Source: a virus
Length of the DNA: 64,000 nucleotides
Direction: 5' to 3' (one strand)
IMG/VR virus record: IMGVR_UViG_3300031722_000011
Span: 39,444 to 103,443 of that record
Part shown: positions 18,314 to 28,827 of the stretch, one piece after another
How positions within the stretch are numbered: the stretch's first letter is position 1
How the letters are laid out: each line of letters begins with the position of its first letter
Position numbers and translations under genes: made by a program
The notes under the pieces: model-generated
What the model was told of the DNA's origin: nothing
Databases searched by the model: none
Seen by the model: the letters and a program-made list of their open reading frames with translations, nothing else

Positions 18314-21300
18314 ATGGCAGGACAATATAAAAATTCAATTAGCTTAGGTATAAAATTACAACCTACTAGTGAGGTACAAATAGAATTAAAAACTGCAATA
18401 GAACAATTGAATAAAAATTCCAGTATAGATTTAAAAATAGATACAACACAAATAAATCAATCTTTAAAAGATTTTTCAAGTACTTTAATGAATGTTGGAG
18501 ATCAATTAAAATCACATTTTAATATGCATGGTGTAAGTGATGAGATTGATATGTTACAAAAAAAGATTACAAAAGTCAAAGGAAGTTCCTTAGATATTGG
18601 AGATGGTTCAAAGGGATTTGATGAACTTCAACAACGTGCTAAGGTAATTAGGGAAACTGTTGATGAATTAGCTAAAATCAGTTTTAATACAACAAAAAGT
18701 GGTTCAGTTAAAGACGCAAGTATTACGTATACTGATAATATGGGAAAACTTGTAACCGAAACGATGAAATGGAAAAATGTTTCTGGAGATGCTGAAAATG
18801 AAGTTAAAAGAGTATTTACTACTACTAATATAGCAGTTAGTGAAAATATTAAAACATTAGAAAATTATAAGCAAAAACTAGAAGAAACTAAATCTAAAAT
18901 GCAATCTAGTTTGAATACATTATCAAGTAATTCAAAAAACAGTAATAATCTTAATGGGTTCATAGATGAATCTGTAATAAAAAGTATACAGTCACGATTG
19001 AATTCTATTAATACAAATACTGCCGATAGTGAGATTAAGGAATTACAAAATACTATTAAAAACTTAGGTAGTAGTGAGTCACAAATAGTAAGAGTTCAAA
19101 ATGCAATATTGAAGCTAGAAAATGGATTGACTAACCTACGTGGAAAATATTCTGGATTAGTGGGGGACTCAAGTTCTAAGGCTGAATTGTCAAATTATAT
19201 TTCTCAAATAGAAAATCTTAAAAAGGTATTATCTAGTTTAAATAATGGAGATAGTTTGAATGGAGCTAAAATATCTCAAGAAATAGGAAAAGGAACTAAT
19301 GCTAGTAGAGAATTAAGTACGGCAGTTAAAAACTCATCCAATGCACTTAAGCTTGCAACTACAGACAGTGAATCATTTGGACAAAGCATAAGAAGAACCC
19401 TAAGCAATGCAGGCATTTACATGGGAACTTATCAAGCTATAAACATGATTACTAGTGCTTTAAAAGATGGTATAAAAAATATAATAGACATAGATACACA
19501 AATGCGTGATTTAGCTAAGGTTAGTAGTGCAACTACAGAACAACTATCAAAGTTTTCACAAGTAGCAAATAAAATAGCAATAAATGTTGGAACTTCTACT
19601 GAATCTGTAATATCTGCTACAACTTATTATAGCAAACTAGGATATTCTATAGAAGAAGCAAGCAAACGTGCAGAAAAAGCTAGTATATTTGCAAATGTTG
19701 CAGATATGGGAATAGATGATGCGTCAAAGGCTTTAATAACTATTCAAAAGGGTTTTGATTTAAATAGTTTAGAAGATATGAATAGAGTAATGGACGTAGC
19801 AAATGCAGTAGGAAATAACTATTCATCAACTTCTCAAAATGTTGCCGAAGGTTTAAGGCGTATGGGTAATGCTATGAAAGAAGCAGGAAATAGTTATGAG
19901 CAATCAGTAGGTTTATTTGTAGCTGGTAATGCTTCGGTTCAAGATGCTGAAGTTGTAGGAAATGCCATCAAAACAATAACTATGAGATTACGTGGAATGA
20001 AGACCGAAATAGATGAAACAGGCATCCCTGCAACCAAATTAAGACAAGCAATTAAAGATGTGACAGCAACAACTGGGCAAGAAATTGATATTATGAAGGA
20101 TGATAATACATTCAAATCTACTTATCAACAAATGACTGAATTATCGCAAGTTTATCCAAAATTAACAGATGCTCAAAGGTCTTATTTACAATATGTAATT
20201 GCTGGTCAAAGGCAAGGAAATATTTTTAGTGGTATGATGACTAACATGAAAGAAGGAACAGACGCTTACACGACTGCATTGAACTCAAATGGATCAGCTA
20301 TGCGTGAACAACAAATTTTTATGAATAGTATTGAAGGTAAACTAAACAAATTAAAAGAAACATTTAAGCAATTTTGGGTATCAACGATATCAAGTGATTC
20401 TGTAAAAAATATGGTTGATGGATTAACTAGTGTAGTTTCAATTTTTGGGAATTTGCCCAGTATTGTAGGACTTGCAACTACTGCTTTTTTAATATTCAAA
20501 GGACAAGCAATAATAGGTGCTATTAGTGGATTAATGCAATATGCCACAACATTAACTTCAGTTATATCAAGAGTAGGTTTAATGAAAATTGCAATTGGCG
20601 AATTAAGCATTGCTATGTCTACGAATCCTTTTGGTTTATTAGCAATAGGTATAACTACAGCAGTTATTGCATTAGATTTATTTGGAACATCTACAGAACA
20701 AGCTAAACAAAAAAATGAAGAATTATTAAAAAGTATTCAACAAAGTAAAACTGATATTAGTTCATTGGAACAATTAAAAACCCAATATGAAAATTTAAAT
20801 AAAGAATTAGATAATGGAAGTCTTTCTACGGAACAAGCAAAGCAAAAGAAACAAGAATTATCAGGAGTATATCAAAAATTAATCCAACTAGCACCAGAAT
20901 TAGAAGGTTTATTGAACAGTGAAAGTGAAGATTACAAAAATCAATCAAAAGCTATTCAAAATATAATTGATTTAAAAAAACAAGAAATGGCTTTGAAGTC
21001 TGAAAAATATTTTGATGATAATAGTATCAGTGATAAAACCATACAACAAAAAATAGAACAAATGAAGAGATATAGACAAATGATGGAGTCTAATGCGAAA
21101 TACGCAACGATGTCTGATGAAGAATTAAAAAATAATAATGCACTTGGTTGGAGTAGTGGAGATACTGTCAGGGATCAAAATAAACATTCAGAATTACAGA
21201 ATAAACAGAAACTTATGGATATAAATCAAGAATTACAAACCATTATGACAAATTATAATACTCTCAATGGTATGGGTTTAAAAAGTCCAATAAGTAATGA

Positions 21301-24300
21301 AATGATTAATAGTATAAAAGAAGCATCATCAAGCATGGATGTTTATGGTAAAGAAATAAAAACTACATCATCAAATGCTAATAGTAATACTAAATTAGTT
21401 TCTGAGGCTATGAATCAAATAAGACAGGGTTCTTCGGTAAGTTCGGAAACTATTAGTAAAATATCACAATCGTATCCTAACTTAGGTATAAATGCAAGTA
21501 ATGCAAAGCAAAAAATTCAAGAATTAAATAAAGCAATTTCTGATACCCCAAGTGTAGATGACCAAACAAATAAAGAACAAGAAAATGCAAATGCTATAGC
21601 AAATGCTACTAAAGAATATGGAAAATCTACAGAAGCAATTGCCAAAATGCAAGGATATCTTGATAAAATTAATAAAACACATTCGTTAACACCGACTCTT
21701 GTTACACAAATCTCTAAGGCTTATCCTGAATTAGCGAGTCAAGTTGGAAATGTAACACAACTTGAAGAGTCGTTAAAACAAAAGATACAAGAACAAGCAG
21801 ATTCTCAGTTGGCTAACTATGAAATCATGATGGGATCAGACCAAGAATTTTATTCACAAAAAATAAAAAACAATCAAAGCTTTGAAGATTCGCTTAATGC
21901 ATTTCTAAATTCATTTGTGACTAATAGTGAAGATGCTTACAATATTGACACAAATAATTACAAAACACTAAATGAACTTAAGCAAGGCATTCAGGGAGAT
22001 TTTGGCGAATCGATTAATCAATGGCTTAGTCAGTATGTTGATACATCTGTAAAAGGATATTCTATTGATCTAAGTAATTTTAAAAGTTTAGCAGATGCGA
22101 AACAAGGTATATTAAAAATACTTAAAGGTGAAATGGATAAACTTAATCAAGCTATGGCGACTATGACTAAAAATATAGCAGACCAAGCCAAAGCTATAGA
22201 TAATGCTAAAAGTAGTGATGTTAACTCTCTAAATTCAGAAAAGCTATATGGTAAAGATATTCAAGCGTTAGAAAGTTTAGCTGATAAACAAAAACAAGTA
22301 CAAGGTGGAATTAATGATTTTAATGCTAGTTTTGATAAGTTCGGAATAGCTGAAAAAGGTCTTAGTGGTGGAAGTATAGGTAATGGTGGGACTGGAACAC
22401 CAGCTAAAGACACCTCGAAAGCAGATGCTAAAAAAGCAGAAAAAGAACTTGAAGATTCTGAAAAGAAAATGATTGATAATATCACTGATGCTTATAATAA
22501 AGCAAAAGATATCATATCGAATGATATTGAAGAAATAGATGCTAAAATAACTGGATTAGGTGATATAGATGATTCTAATTTTACTCAAAAAGTTTCACTT
22601 GTAAATGATAAAATAGGTGAACAAAAGAAAATAGTAGATGAAGCTGATAAACAGTTACAAGCTTTAAAAAACACAACAGTAACTACAGCAGATGCACAAG
22701 AAAGTCTAGAAAATGCGACACTTAAAGCATCGAAAGAATTACGGCAAGAAAGTTTAGAAGTAGCAAAACTTCAATCAGAAATCGAAAAAACTGATATTGA
22801 TGAATTAAAGAAGATGTATGAAGACCAAAAGAGCATTGAAACTGAAACTTTAGAAGCTAATCAAAAAGCACAAACAGATAAAATAGAATCTATTAAGCAA
22901 GCACAAGAAGATGCACATAACCAAATAATGAATGATTATGAAGATGAATTAACTGCTTTAGATAACAAATCTAAGAAATTAGATGAAGATAATGACAAAA
23001 TAGAAAGAGCTAATGAATTAGAAAAAGAGAAAAATGATTTATTAGAGAAGCAAAAAGAGTTAAGTAACTTAGAATCACAAAAGACTGTAAAAACTTTAAA
23101 ACAGGATAGTTCAGGGGCATGGTCATATGTAGGTGAAGTAGACACTACTGCTATAGCAACTAAACAAAAAGAAGTTACAGAAGCTCAAAAAACTCTCGAT
23201 GATACAAATAGAAAAAATGCTTTAGATGATGCAAAAAAAGAAATAGAAGATAAAAAAACTGTTATTGAAGCAGAAAAAACAGCAGAAGATGACTTGTATA
23301 AAAAGAAAAAAGAATATTTAGATAAGTATTCAGATGATTTGAAAGAATCACAAGATAGAGATACGAAGCGTCTCGAGAATAATTATTCCGACATTGAAAA
23401 AATGGCAAAAGATACATTAAAAAAATTAGAAGAAGAACACAATAATGATTGGAATGCTATTTCAGATTCAATTTCGCTTACATTAACTAGAACTAAGAAA
23501 GCATTAGAAGACTTAACTACATTAAGAGCCAATTTTACAACATCAGAAGCAAATGATGCTATTAATAGTGGAGATGTATCAGGATATGTAACAAAAAATA
23601 AGGATAAAATGAATCTAAAAGCAAATGTAGATGAAAGTGACATAGATGCTCATTTAAGTGCTATTAGTGATAATGCAGATGAGGCTACTACTTCAATTAC
23701 CATATTAAATAAAACCTATGATGAGTTATTATCTAAGAAAAGTATTAGTAATATAACCGAAGCTGATATTAATGATAAAAAAGTACAAGTTCAAAAAACG
23801 GTGGATATAGACAATGAGGGCTTAACTAATACTCTAAATAATTTAAAAACTATTAATGCTACAATTGAAGCAGAAATAGATTCTCACTATGCAAAATTAC
23901 TTGATAAACAAAATATATCGCAACAAAGTGAAATGGACAGTTTAAAGGTTTTTGCAGAAGAATATACTACTTATTATAATAAATTTTTAGAATTAGTACA
24001 AACAGTTAATGACTTTAGGTTTAATAATATTGTAGTTAATGTGCAAAGTTCAGTAGATAATGTATTACAAGGATTAGAAGTTATTGCAAAAGCTTATGAA
24101 AAATATGCTAAAGCCTATAATATTATGCATCCAAAAGACAAGATTTCATCCAGCGTAGATATATCAGATGTGCAAAGTGCAAATAATACATATAAGCAAT
24201 CTGTAACAGGCTATCAAGCTAATGTATTAGCATCTTATTCAACAGAGTCATTTGAAAAATATGCAAGTCAAATAGGAAGTGGTATAGGAGATAGTATAGT

Positions 24301-24505
24301 TAGTAAATTAAATAGTTATTCTTCTTCAACTGGTGTTTCAACAAGTACTAGTAACTCCACAACTAATAATAGCAATAAGTCAACAACAAGTAGTACAAGC
24401 ATTGTAATAAACGGAGTAACTGTGAATGCAGATAATGCAGAAGATTTCCTAAGTAGTTTATTAACAAAAGCAAAGCAAACAAGTGTATTAAAATCAATAA
24501 ATTAA
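18314..24505 (+). CDS. Tail tape measure protein (TP901 family core)
   Basis: 2063 aa. TP901-like core (IDTQMRDLAKVS...VGNNYSST...VGNAIKTITMRLRG), TM segment and long coiled coils. Confidence 0.92.
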   Translation: MAGQYKNSISLGIKLQPTSEVQIELKTAIEQLNKNSSIDLKIDTTQINQSLKDFSSTLMNVGDQLKSHFNMHGVSDEIDMLQKKITKVKGSSLDIGDGSKGFDELQQRAKVIRETVDELAKISFNTTKSGSVKDASITYTDNMGKLVTETMKWKNVSGDAENEVKRVFTTTNIAVSENIKTLENYKQKLEETKSKMQSSLNTLSSNSKNSNNLNGFIDESVIKSIQSRLNSINTNTADSEIKELQNTIKNLGSSESQIVRVQNAILKLENGLTNLRGKYSGLVGDSSSKAELSNYISQIENLKKVLSSLNNGDSLNGAKISQEIGKGTNASRELSTAVKNSSNALKLATTDSESFGQSIRRTLSNAGIYMGTYQAINMITSALKDGIKNIIDIDTQMRDLAKVSSATTEQLSKFSQVANKIAINVGTSTESVISATTYYSKLGYSIEEASKRAEKASIFANVADMGIDDASKALITIQKGFDLNSLEDMNRVMDVANAVGNNYSSTSQNVAEGLRRMGNAMKEAGNSYEQSVGLFVAGNASVQDAEVVGNAIKTITMRLRGMKTEIDETGIPATKLRQAIKDVTATTGQEIDIMKDDNTFKSTYQQMTELSQVYPKLTDAQRSYLQYVIAGQRQGNIFSGMMTNMKEGTDAYTTALNSNGSAMREQQIFMNSIEGKLNKLKETFKQFWVSTISSDSVKNMVDGLTSVVSIFGNLPSIVGLATTAFLIFKGQAIIGAISGLMQYATTLTSVISRVGLMKIAIGELSIAMSTNPFGLLAIGITTAVIALDLFGTSTEQAKQKNEELLKSIQQSKTDISSLEQLKTQYENLNKELDNGSLSTEQAKQKKQELSGVYQKLIQLAPELEGLLNSESEDYKNQSKAIQNIIDLKKQEMALKSEKYFDDNSISDKTIQQKIEQMKRYRQMMESNAKYATMSDEELKNNNALGWSSGDTVRDQNKHSELQNKQKLMDINQELQTIMTNYNTLNGMGLKSPISNEMINSIKEASSSMDVYGKEIKTTSSNANSNTKLVSEAMNQIRQGSSVSSETISKISQSYPNLGINASNAKQKIQELNKAISDTPSVDDQTNKEQENANAIANATKEYGKSTEAIAKMQGYLDKINKTHSLTPTLVTQISKAYPELASQVGNVTQLEESLKQKIQEQADSQLANYEIMMGSDQEFYSQKIKNNQSFEDSLNAFLNSFVTNSEDAYNIDTNNYKTLNELKQGIQGDFGESINQWLSQYVDTSVKGYSIDLSNFKSLADAKQGILKILKGEMDKLNQAMATMTKNIADQAKAIDNAKSSDVNSLNSEKLYGKDIQALESLADKQKQVQGGINDFNASFDKFGIAEKGLSGGSIGNGGTGTPAKDTSKADAKKAEKELEDSEKKMIDNITDAYNKAKDIISNDIEEIDAKITGLGDIDDSNFTQKVSLVNDKIGEQKKIVDEADKQLQALKNTTVTTADAQESLENATLKASKELRQESLEVAKLQSEIEKTDIDELKKMYEDQKSIETETLEANQKAQTDKIESIKQAQEDAHNQIMNDYEDELTALDNKSKKLDEDNDKIERANELEKEKNDLLEKQKELSNLESQKTVKTLKQDSSGAWSYVGEVDTTAIATKQKEVTEAQKTLDDTNRKNALDDAKKEIEDKKTVIEAEKTAEDDLYKKKKEYLDKYSDDLKESQDRDTKRLENNYSDIEKMAKDTLKKLEEEHNNDWNAISDSISLTLTRTKKALEDLTTLRANFTTSEANDAINSGDVSGYVTKNKDKMNLKANVDESDIDAHLSAISDNADEATTSITILNKTYDELLSKKSISNITEADINDKKVQVQKTVDIDNEGLTNTLNNLKTINATIEAEIDSHYAKLLDKQNISQQSEMDSLKVFAEEYTTYYNKFLELVQTVNDFRFNNIVVNVQSSVDNVLQGLEVIAKAYEKYAKAYNIMHPKDKISSSVDISDVQSANNTYKQSVTGYQANVLASYSTESFEKYASQIGSGIGDSIVSKLNSYSSSTGVSTSTSNSTTNNSNKSTTSSTSIVINGVTVNADNAEDFLSSLLTKAKQTSVLKSIN

Positions 24506-24562
24506 ATAATAGAGATACTAGATAATATTTTAGTATCTCTTACTCTATAAGGAGGAATTATA

Positions 24563-24838
24563 ATGTCCCTACATAAAGATTTAATAGAAACAATAGATAT
24601 TAGAATTCAAAAATATTTAAATGAATTTACTTATACAACTGAAAAAATTGGAGTAATAACTTCCTTAATAGATGGAAATGAAAAACACAAAGTAAAAATT
24701 GATGGAGTAGAATATGATATTCCCAAAAAGAATAATGATAATACAGTTTACCAAATAGGAGATAATGTTATTATACGTTTTTTCAATGGGAATTTTAGTA
24801 GAAAATATATAGAATGTAAAAAACCAAATTGGAAATAG
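24563..24838 (+). CDS. Small baseplate/tail-tip protein (OB-fold-like)
   Basis: GVITS...KVKIDG...YQIGDNVII; follows the tape measure gene. Confidence 0.5.
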   Translation: MSLHKDLIETIDIRIQKYLNEFTYTTEKIGVITSLIDGNEKHKVKIDGVEYDIPKKNNDNTVYQIGDNVIIRFFNGNFSRKYIECKKPNWK

Positions 24839-24875
24839 AATAAATTATTACATAAATGAAAGGAGGATTACTAAA

Positions 24876-26024
24876 ATGTCAACTAATGCTCAAGAAATAT
24901 GTGCAAGGTCTAGGAACAAAAAAACGTTAGTTAAAGTACAACTTTTAGATAGTAATTATAATGTAGTAGATGAATTACAGGGAAAAGCTACTAGTGGAAG
25001 TATAACTATAAAAAATAGTGTAGATAGTAATTATAGTAGGCGTAGTGGCAGTTTAGACATGGTACTTACAAAAGATTTAAGTACGCAGTATTATAAAATT
25101 GATTTAATACATAAGGTGAGAGTAATAATTACTGTTACTGACATTATCACATCTATATCTGCTGATTACAACATGGGTATTTTTGTTTTAAGTAATCCTC
25201 AAATATTAAAATCAACTACAGATCAAAAGATAACAATTAGTTTAGTAGATTTAATGTCACAATATGATGGTACTTTTGGAGGAAGTCTTGACGAAAGTAT
25301 GACTACAAAAGTAACAAGTGGGACTAATATATCAACAGCAATACAAACAACTGCTATTAATATCATGGGCATATCAGTAGATAAAATGAAAATAGAAGCG
25401 ACAAGTTTGGTTACAATTGAGGAAATATCTTCATCTCCTGAGTCTAATGTTACTGACCATTTAAAATCAATTATGGACGATGCTTTAAATTATGATTTAT
25501 ATTTCAATGAGGACGGTATATTAGTTTTTGAATATATAAATGATAGGACAACTGATGCTATATTTCAAGAGTTTATTGAATCAGACGTAGTAGTTTCATA
25601 TGAAGTAGATGAAGATTTTACAAATGCTCGTAACGTGGTCAATATTATTGGTGAAACAATAGAAAATTCAACAATACAACAAAAAGGACAATATAAAGAG
25701 ACTAATCTGAATAATCCTTTAAATATTTATAGTAAATATGGAGAAAAGCCAATAACAATAACTAATGATAAATTGCAAACTACTGAACAATGTAATAATC
25801 AAGCAAAATATGAATGTCAAAAGAGAACAAACTATAAAGAAAAATTATCAATGGAAATATTACAAGATTTTAGATTACAACCAAATAAGAAAATAAAAGT
25901 AAAATATACTTCAGATAATTTGATTATAGATAATGATTATCTTGTAGATGAGATTTCTATAGACCTAAAAGTAGGTGGGTTAATGACCTTAACTAATCAC
26001 AAGATATATTATCCAAGCACATAA
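24876..26024 (+). CDS. Tail hub/baseplate protein
   Basis: RRSGSLDM and LYFNEDGILVF motifs typical of hub proteins; synteny. Confidence 0.6.
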   Translation: MSTNAQEICARSRNKKTLVKVQLLDSNYNVVDELQGKATSGSITIKNSVDSNYSRRSGSLDMVLTKDLSTQYYKIDLIHKVRVIITVTDIITSISADYNMGIFVLSNPQILKSTTDQKITISLVDLMSQYDGTFGGSLDESMTTKVTSGTNISTAIQTTAINIMGISVDKMKIEATSLVTIEEISSSPESNVTDHLKSIMDDALNYDLYFNEDGILVFEYINDRTTDAIFQEFIESDVVVSYEVDEDFTNARNVVNIIGETIENSTIQQKGQYKETNLNNPLNIYSKYGEKPITITNDKLQTTEQCNNQAKYECQKRTNYKEKLSMEILQDFRLQPNKKIKVKYTSDNLIIDNDYLVDEISIDLKVGGLMTLTNHKIYYPST

Positions 26025-26083
26025 ATCGTAGATTTTAACATGATTTAAATAAATTAAAAAAATAGAAAGGAGTTGAAAAATGA

Positions 26084-28771
26084 TTGATTAATAAGATAAA
26101 ATTAGGGACACTTTTTATGAATGGTGTGCAAGTTAAATTTAATCAAAGTACACCTACACAATTTATTAATGGTGCAACATTAGAATTAAAAACTAGTAGT
26201 TCAGATTTAAATTATCAAATAGAATGGGTTAGTTTCACAGATGGAAGTAAAAATATATTGATTTCTGATAGAAATGTGCTATCTAACATTTCATATAATG
26301 ACTTATCAATTCAAGGTTTAATAAGTGGAAATACTATTGTAACATTGCAGAATATAAAATATAAAGTTCTTTTAATGGCTTCTGATGAATATGATAAGTA
26401 TTTGTTAAATTCTATAAACCTAAATACATTATTAACTCCTACAACTTTAGATGAAACAAATGGTGGTTATTCGGATAGTACAATATCATCTAGTGATTCT
26501 AATAATTTATGGAATTGGTGGAAAACTCCTTGTTTAACTCAAACATTGACAAGCAGTAATAATATAATACGCGGTGGAAATACAATTAATGCTTCAAGTA
26601 CAATAAATGTAAATACAAAATCTAACTGGCGTTTAATGTTATCTCAATATAATACACCACCTACTATATCAGACTCAGATACTACATTAGGTAGTTATAC
26701 ATCTAATATAGTAAAGGCTTATACAATTACTGATCCTGATGATGATTTGTTTAAAATTGTAGAAATGATTGATTCGAATACAAATATTAGAACATTAGAA
26801 AATCAATCTTCAAAAAATGAATTTACTTTTACACTATCAACTGAACAATGGAAGAGTTTAAGTGCAGGCGTTCATACAATAAATATAGTGGTTACAGATA
26901 GTTATGGAAATATTGCTACAAGAAATTGGTTATTCAACAAAGTTGTAGATTCAACTGTGGGTACATCATCAGCTTTAACAAGACCTGTAATAGTGACACC
27001 TAGTAATTCACTATCTTTATCCCCTTTTGATGCTACATTTGATGAAATTATCTCTTTTACAGTAACAGGTGGAGATATGGTTTATGCTAATGAAATAAAT
27101 ATTATAGATAATTCAAATTCATCTATAATTGTTTATAATAAAAAAGTTGAGTCCTTTGATTTTGAAAACATTATACCAAAGAATACATTAATTAATGGAA
27201 AGACATACCAAATTAAAATACGTACTTATAATACAAGTGGACAATATAGTGCATGGAGTGATACTGTTTTGGTAAAAGCACTAACCACACCACAATTATT
27301 AGTAACAACTATTGTAGATGATATGATACAAACGCCTAATCCTGTAATGCAAGCTACGTATTATCAAGCAGATAATGATAGTGTATATAGTTATGTATTC
27401 AATCTATTAAAAGATGGGGTACAAGTAGATTCTAGTAATGTTTTATTAGACAAAGCTTTGCAATACCAATTTTCTAACTTAGATAATAAGGCAAATTACG
27501 TGATAGAATTAAAAATTCAAACTGCAAGTGGAATGATAGCGACAATACAGAAAAGCTTTTACTGTATATATTTACAATCTAAATTACCCGCAGTAATGAC
27601 TTTAATCAATGATAATGCTACAGGTAGTGTTAAAATAACTACTTATGTCAGACAGATACTTGGAAGAGTATATAGTGGTGATAATGTGACTTATATAGAT
27701 GGTGAGTGGGCAAATCTACATAATTCTACTGTAATTTGGGACTCCGATGGTGCATTTAGGTTAGATGGTGATTGGACTGCTAAAATATGGGCAAGAGACT
27801 TAGAAGATAATGATGTTATGCTTGTGAAATTTACTTTAGATGATGGAAATTATATTCAATTGACTAGATGGGGAAATATGTTCTCATTAACAAAGATAGT
27901 TAATGGAATCAAATTATATGAATTACATAAAACTATAGAAGGTGACATATTATCAACTGACGAATTATATTTCTTTATTCAAAATGATGTAGATTTAGGT
28001 TTAATGAACTTTGATGTAAAGCGAATAACTGACGGAAGAAGCACATGGTTCACTAAAAGTCATACAGAAGATGTAATACCTAGTTATGCTAATATAGATG
28101 GATTTTTAAGCCAATTAGATAGTAAATTTGTTAGTTTATTAAAAGATAAAATTATAGATGGTGAAATAATGAAAGTTCGTATACCTTCTATGAATGATTT
28201 CTCATCTACACCTTCAATAGGAACATCTGCCAAAATAGGTCAATTAATAATAGGACAAGCTATACTTGGCGATTCATCAACTAATGAATTTAATGCAATG
28301 TTATCAAATGGCAATTATTTTACAAGAGATATTTCAATAGATGATAGCAATAAGTTAATAGCTATTAATAATATTGGAAAGAAATATAATGCCTTTCCAA
28401 ATGACAAAACAATAGGAATAAGAATCATGGTAGACATTCCAAGTACAACAAAAGTATCAACCATAAAAGACCGTACCGATGATTGTTATTTTATTACGAC
28501 AAAAATTTTCAATTTATTTGATATACAACAAATATCTAATTTAAAAGTTGGGGATGGAATAAAAAGTAATAGTATCAGATATAAAGAAAATGTCATCAAA
28601 TTTACAATAAATAATATAGATTCAATTAATAATACTATTACTTTAATTAGTGATGTGATTGATATGGGAAAAGAATTTGATGCAAGTGAATCTGTATATA
28701 TAAATGGTAATCCAAATTGGAATACATCAAATTTACAACAATGGCTAAATAGTAATGTAAAAATAGGCTAG
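26084..28771 (+). CDS. Baseplate/tail protein with Ig/FN3-like domains
   Basis: GVHTINIVVTD and LINGKTYQIKIRT...YSAWSD motifs; tail module position. Confidence 0.65.
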   Translation: MINKIKLGTLFMNGVQVKFNQSTPTQFINGATLELKTSSSDLNYQIEWVSFTDGSKNILISDRNVLSNISYNDLSIQGLISGNTIVTLQNIKYKVLLMASDEYDKYLLNSINLNTLLTPTTLDETNGGYSDSTISSSDSNNLWNWWKTPCLTQTLTSSNNIIRGGNTINASSTINVNTKSNWRLMLSQYNTPPTISDSDTTLGSYTSNIVKAYTITDPDDDLFKIVEMIDSNTNIRTLENQSSKNEFTFTLSTEQWKSLSAGVHTINIVVTDSYGNIATRNWLFNKVVDSTVGTSSALTRPVIVTPSNSLSLSPFDATFDEIISFTVTGGDMVYANEINIIDNSNSSIIVYNKKVESFDFENIIPKNTLINGKTYQIKIRTYNTSGQYSAWSDTVLVKALTTPQLLVTTIVDDMIQTPNPVMQATYYQADNDSVYSYVFNLLKDGVQVDSSNVLLDKALQYQFSNLDNKANYVIELKIQTASGMIATIQKSFYCIYLQSKLPAVMTLINDNATGSVKITTYVRQILGRVYSGDNVTYIDGEWANLHNSTVIWDSDGAFRLDGDWTAKIWARDLEDNDVMLVKFTLDDGNYIQLTRWGNMFSLTKIVNGIKLYELHKTIEGDILSTDELYFFIQNDVDLGLMNFDVKRITDGRSTWFTKSHTEDVIPSYANIDGFLSQLDSKFVSLLKDKIIDGEIMKVRIPSMNDFSSTPSIGTSAKIGQLIIGQAILGDSSTNEFNAMLSNGNYFTRDISIDDSNKLIAINNIGKKYNAFPNDKTIGIRIMVDIPSTTKVSTIKDRTDDCYFITTKIFNLFDIQQISNLKVGDGIKSNSIRYKENVIKFTINNIDSINNTITLISDVIDMGKEFDASESVYINGNPNWNTSNLQQWLNSNVKIG

Positions 28772-28827
28772 AGATTAATTTCTTTGGTCTATTTTTGTAT
28801 TAAAAAAAATAAGGAGGGAATTAGTAT

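Noticed and set aside
18314-24505. Intron, intein or lytic domain in the tape measure gene
   Set aside because: The frame is continuous with no splicing, intein or peptidoglycan hydrolase motifs recognised.
26068-26091. ATG ATT GAT TAA mini-ORF at the optimal RBS spacing, as if a TGAT duplication broke the start of the 895-aa gene
   Set aside because: An in-frame TTG at 26084 is still within usable RBS distance, so the gene cannot be called disrupted.
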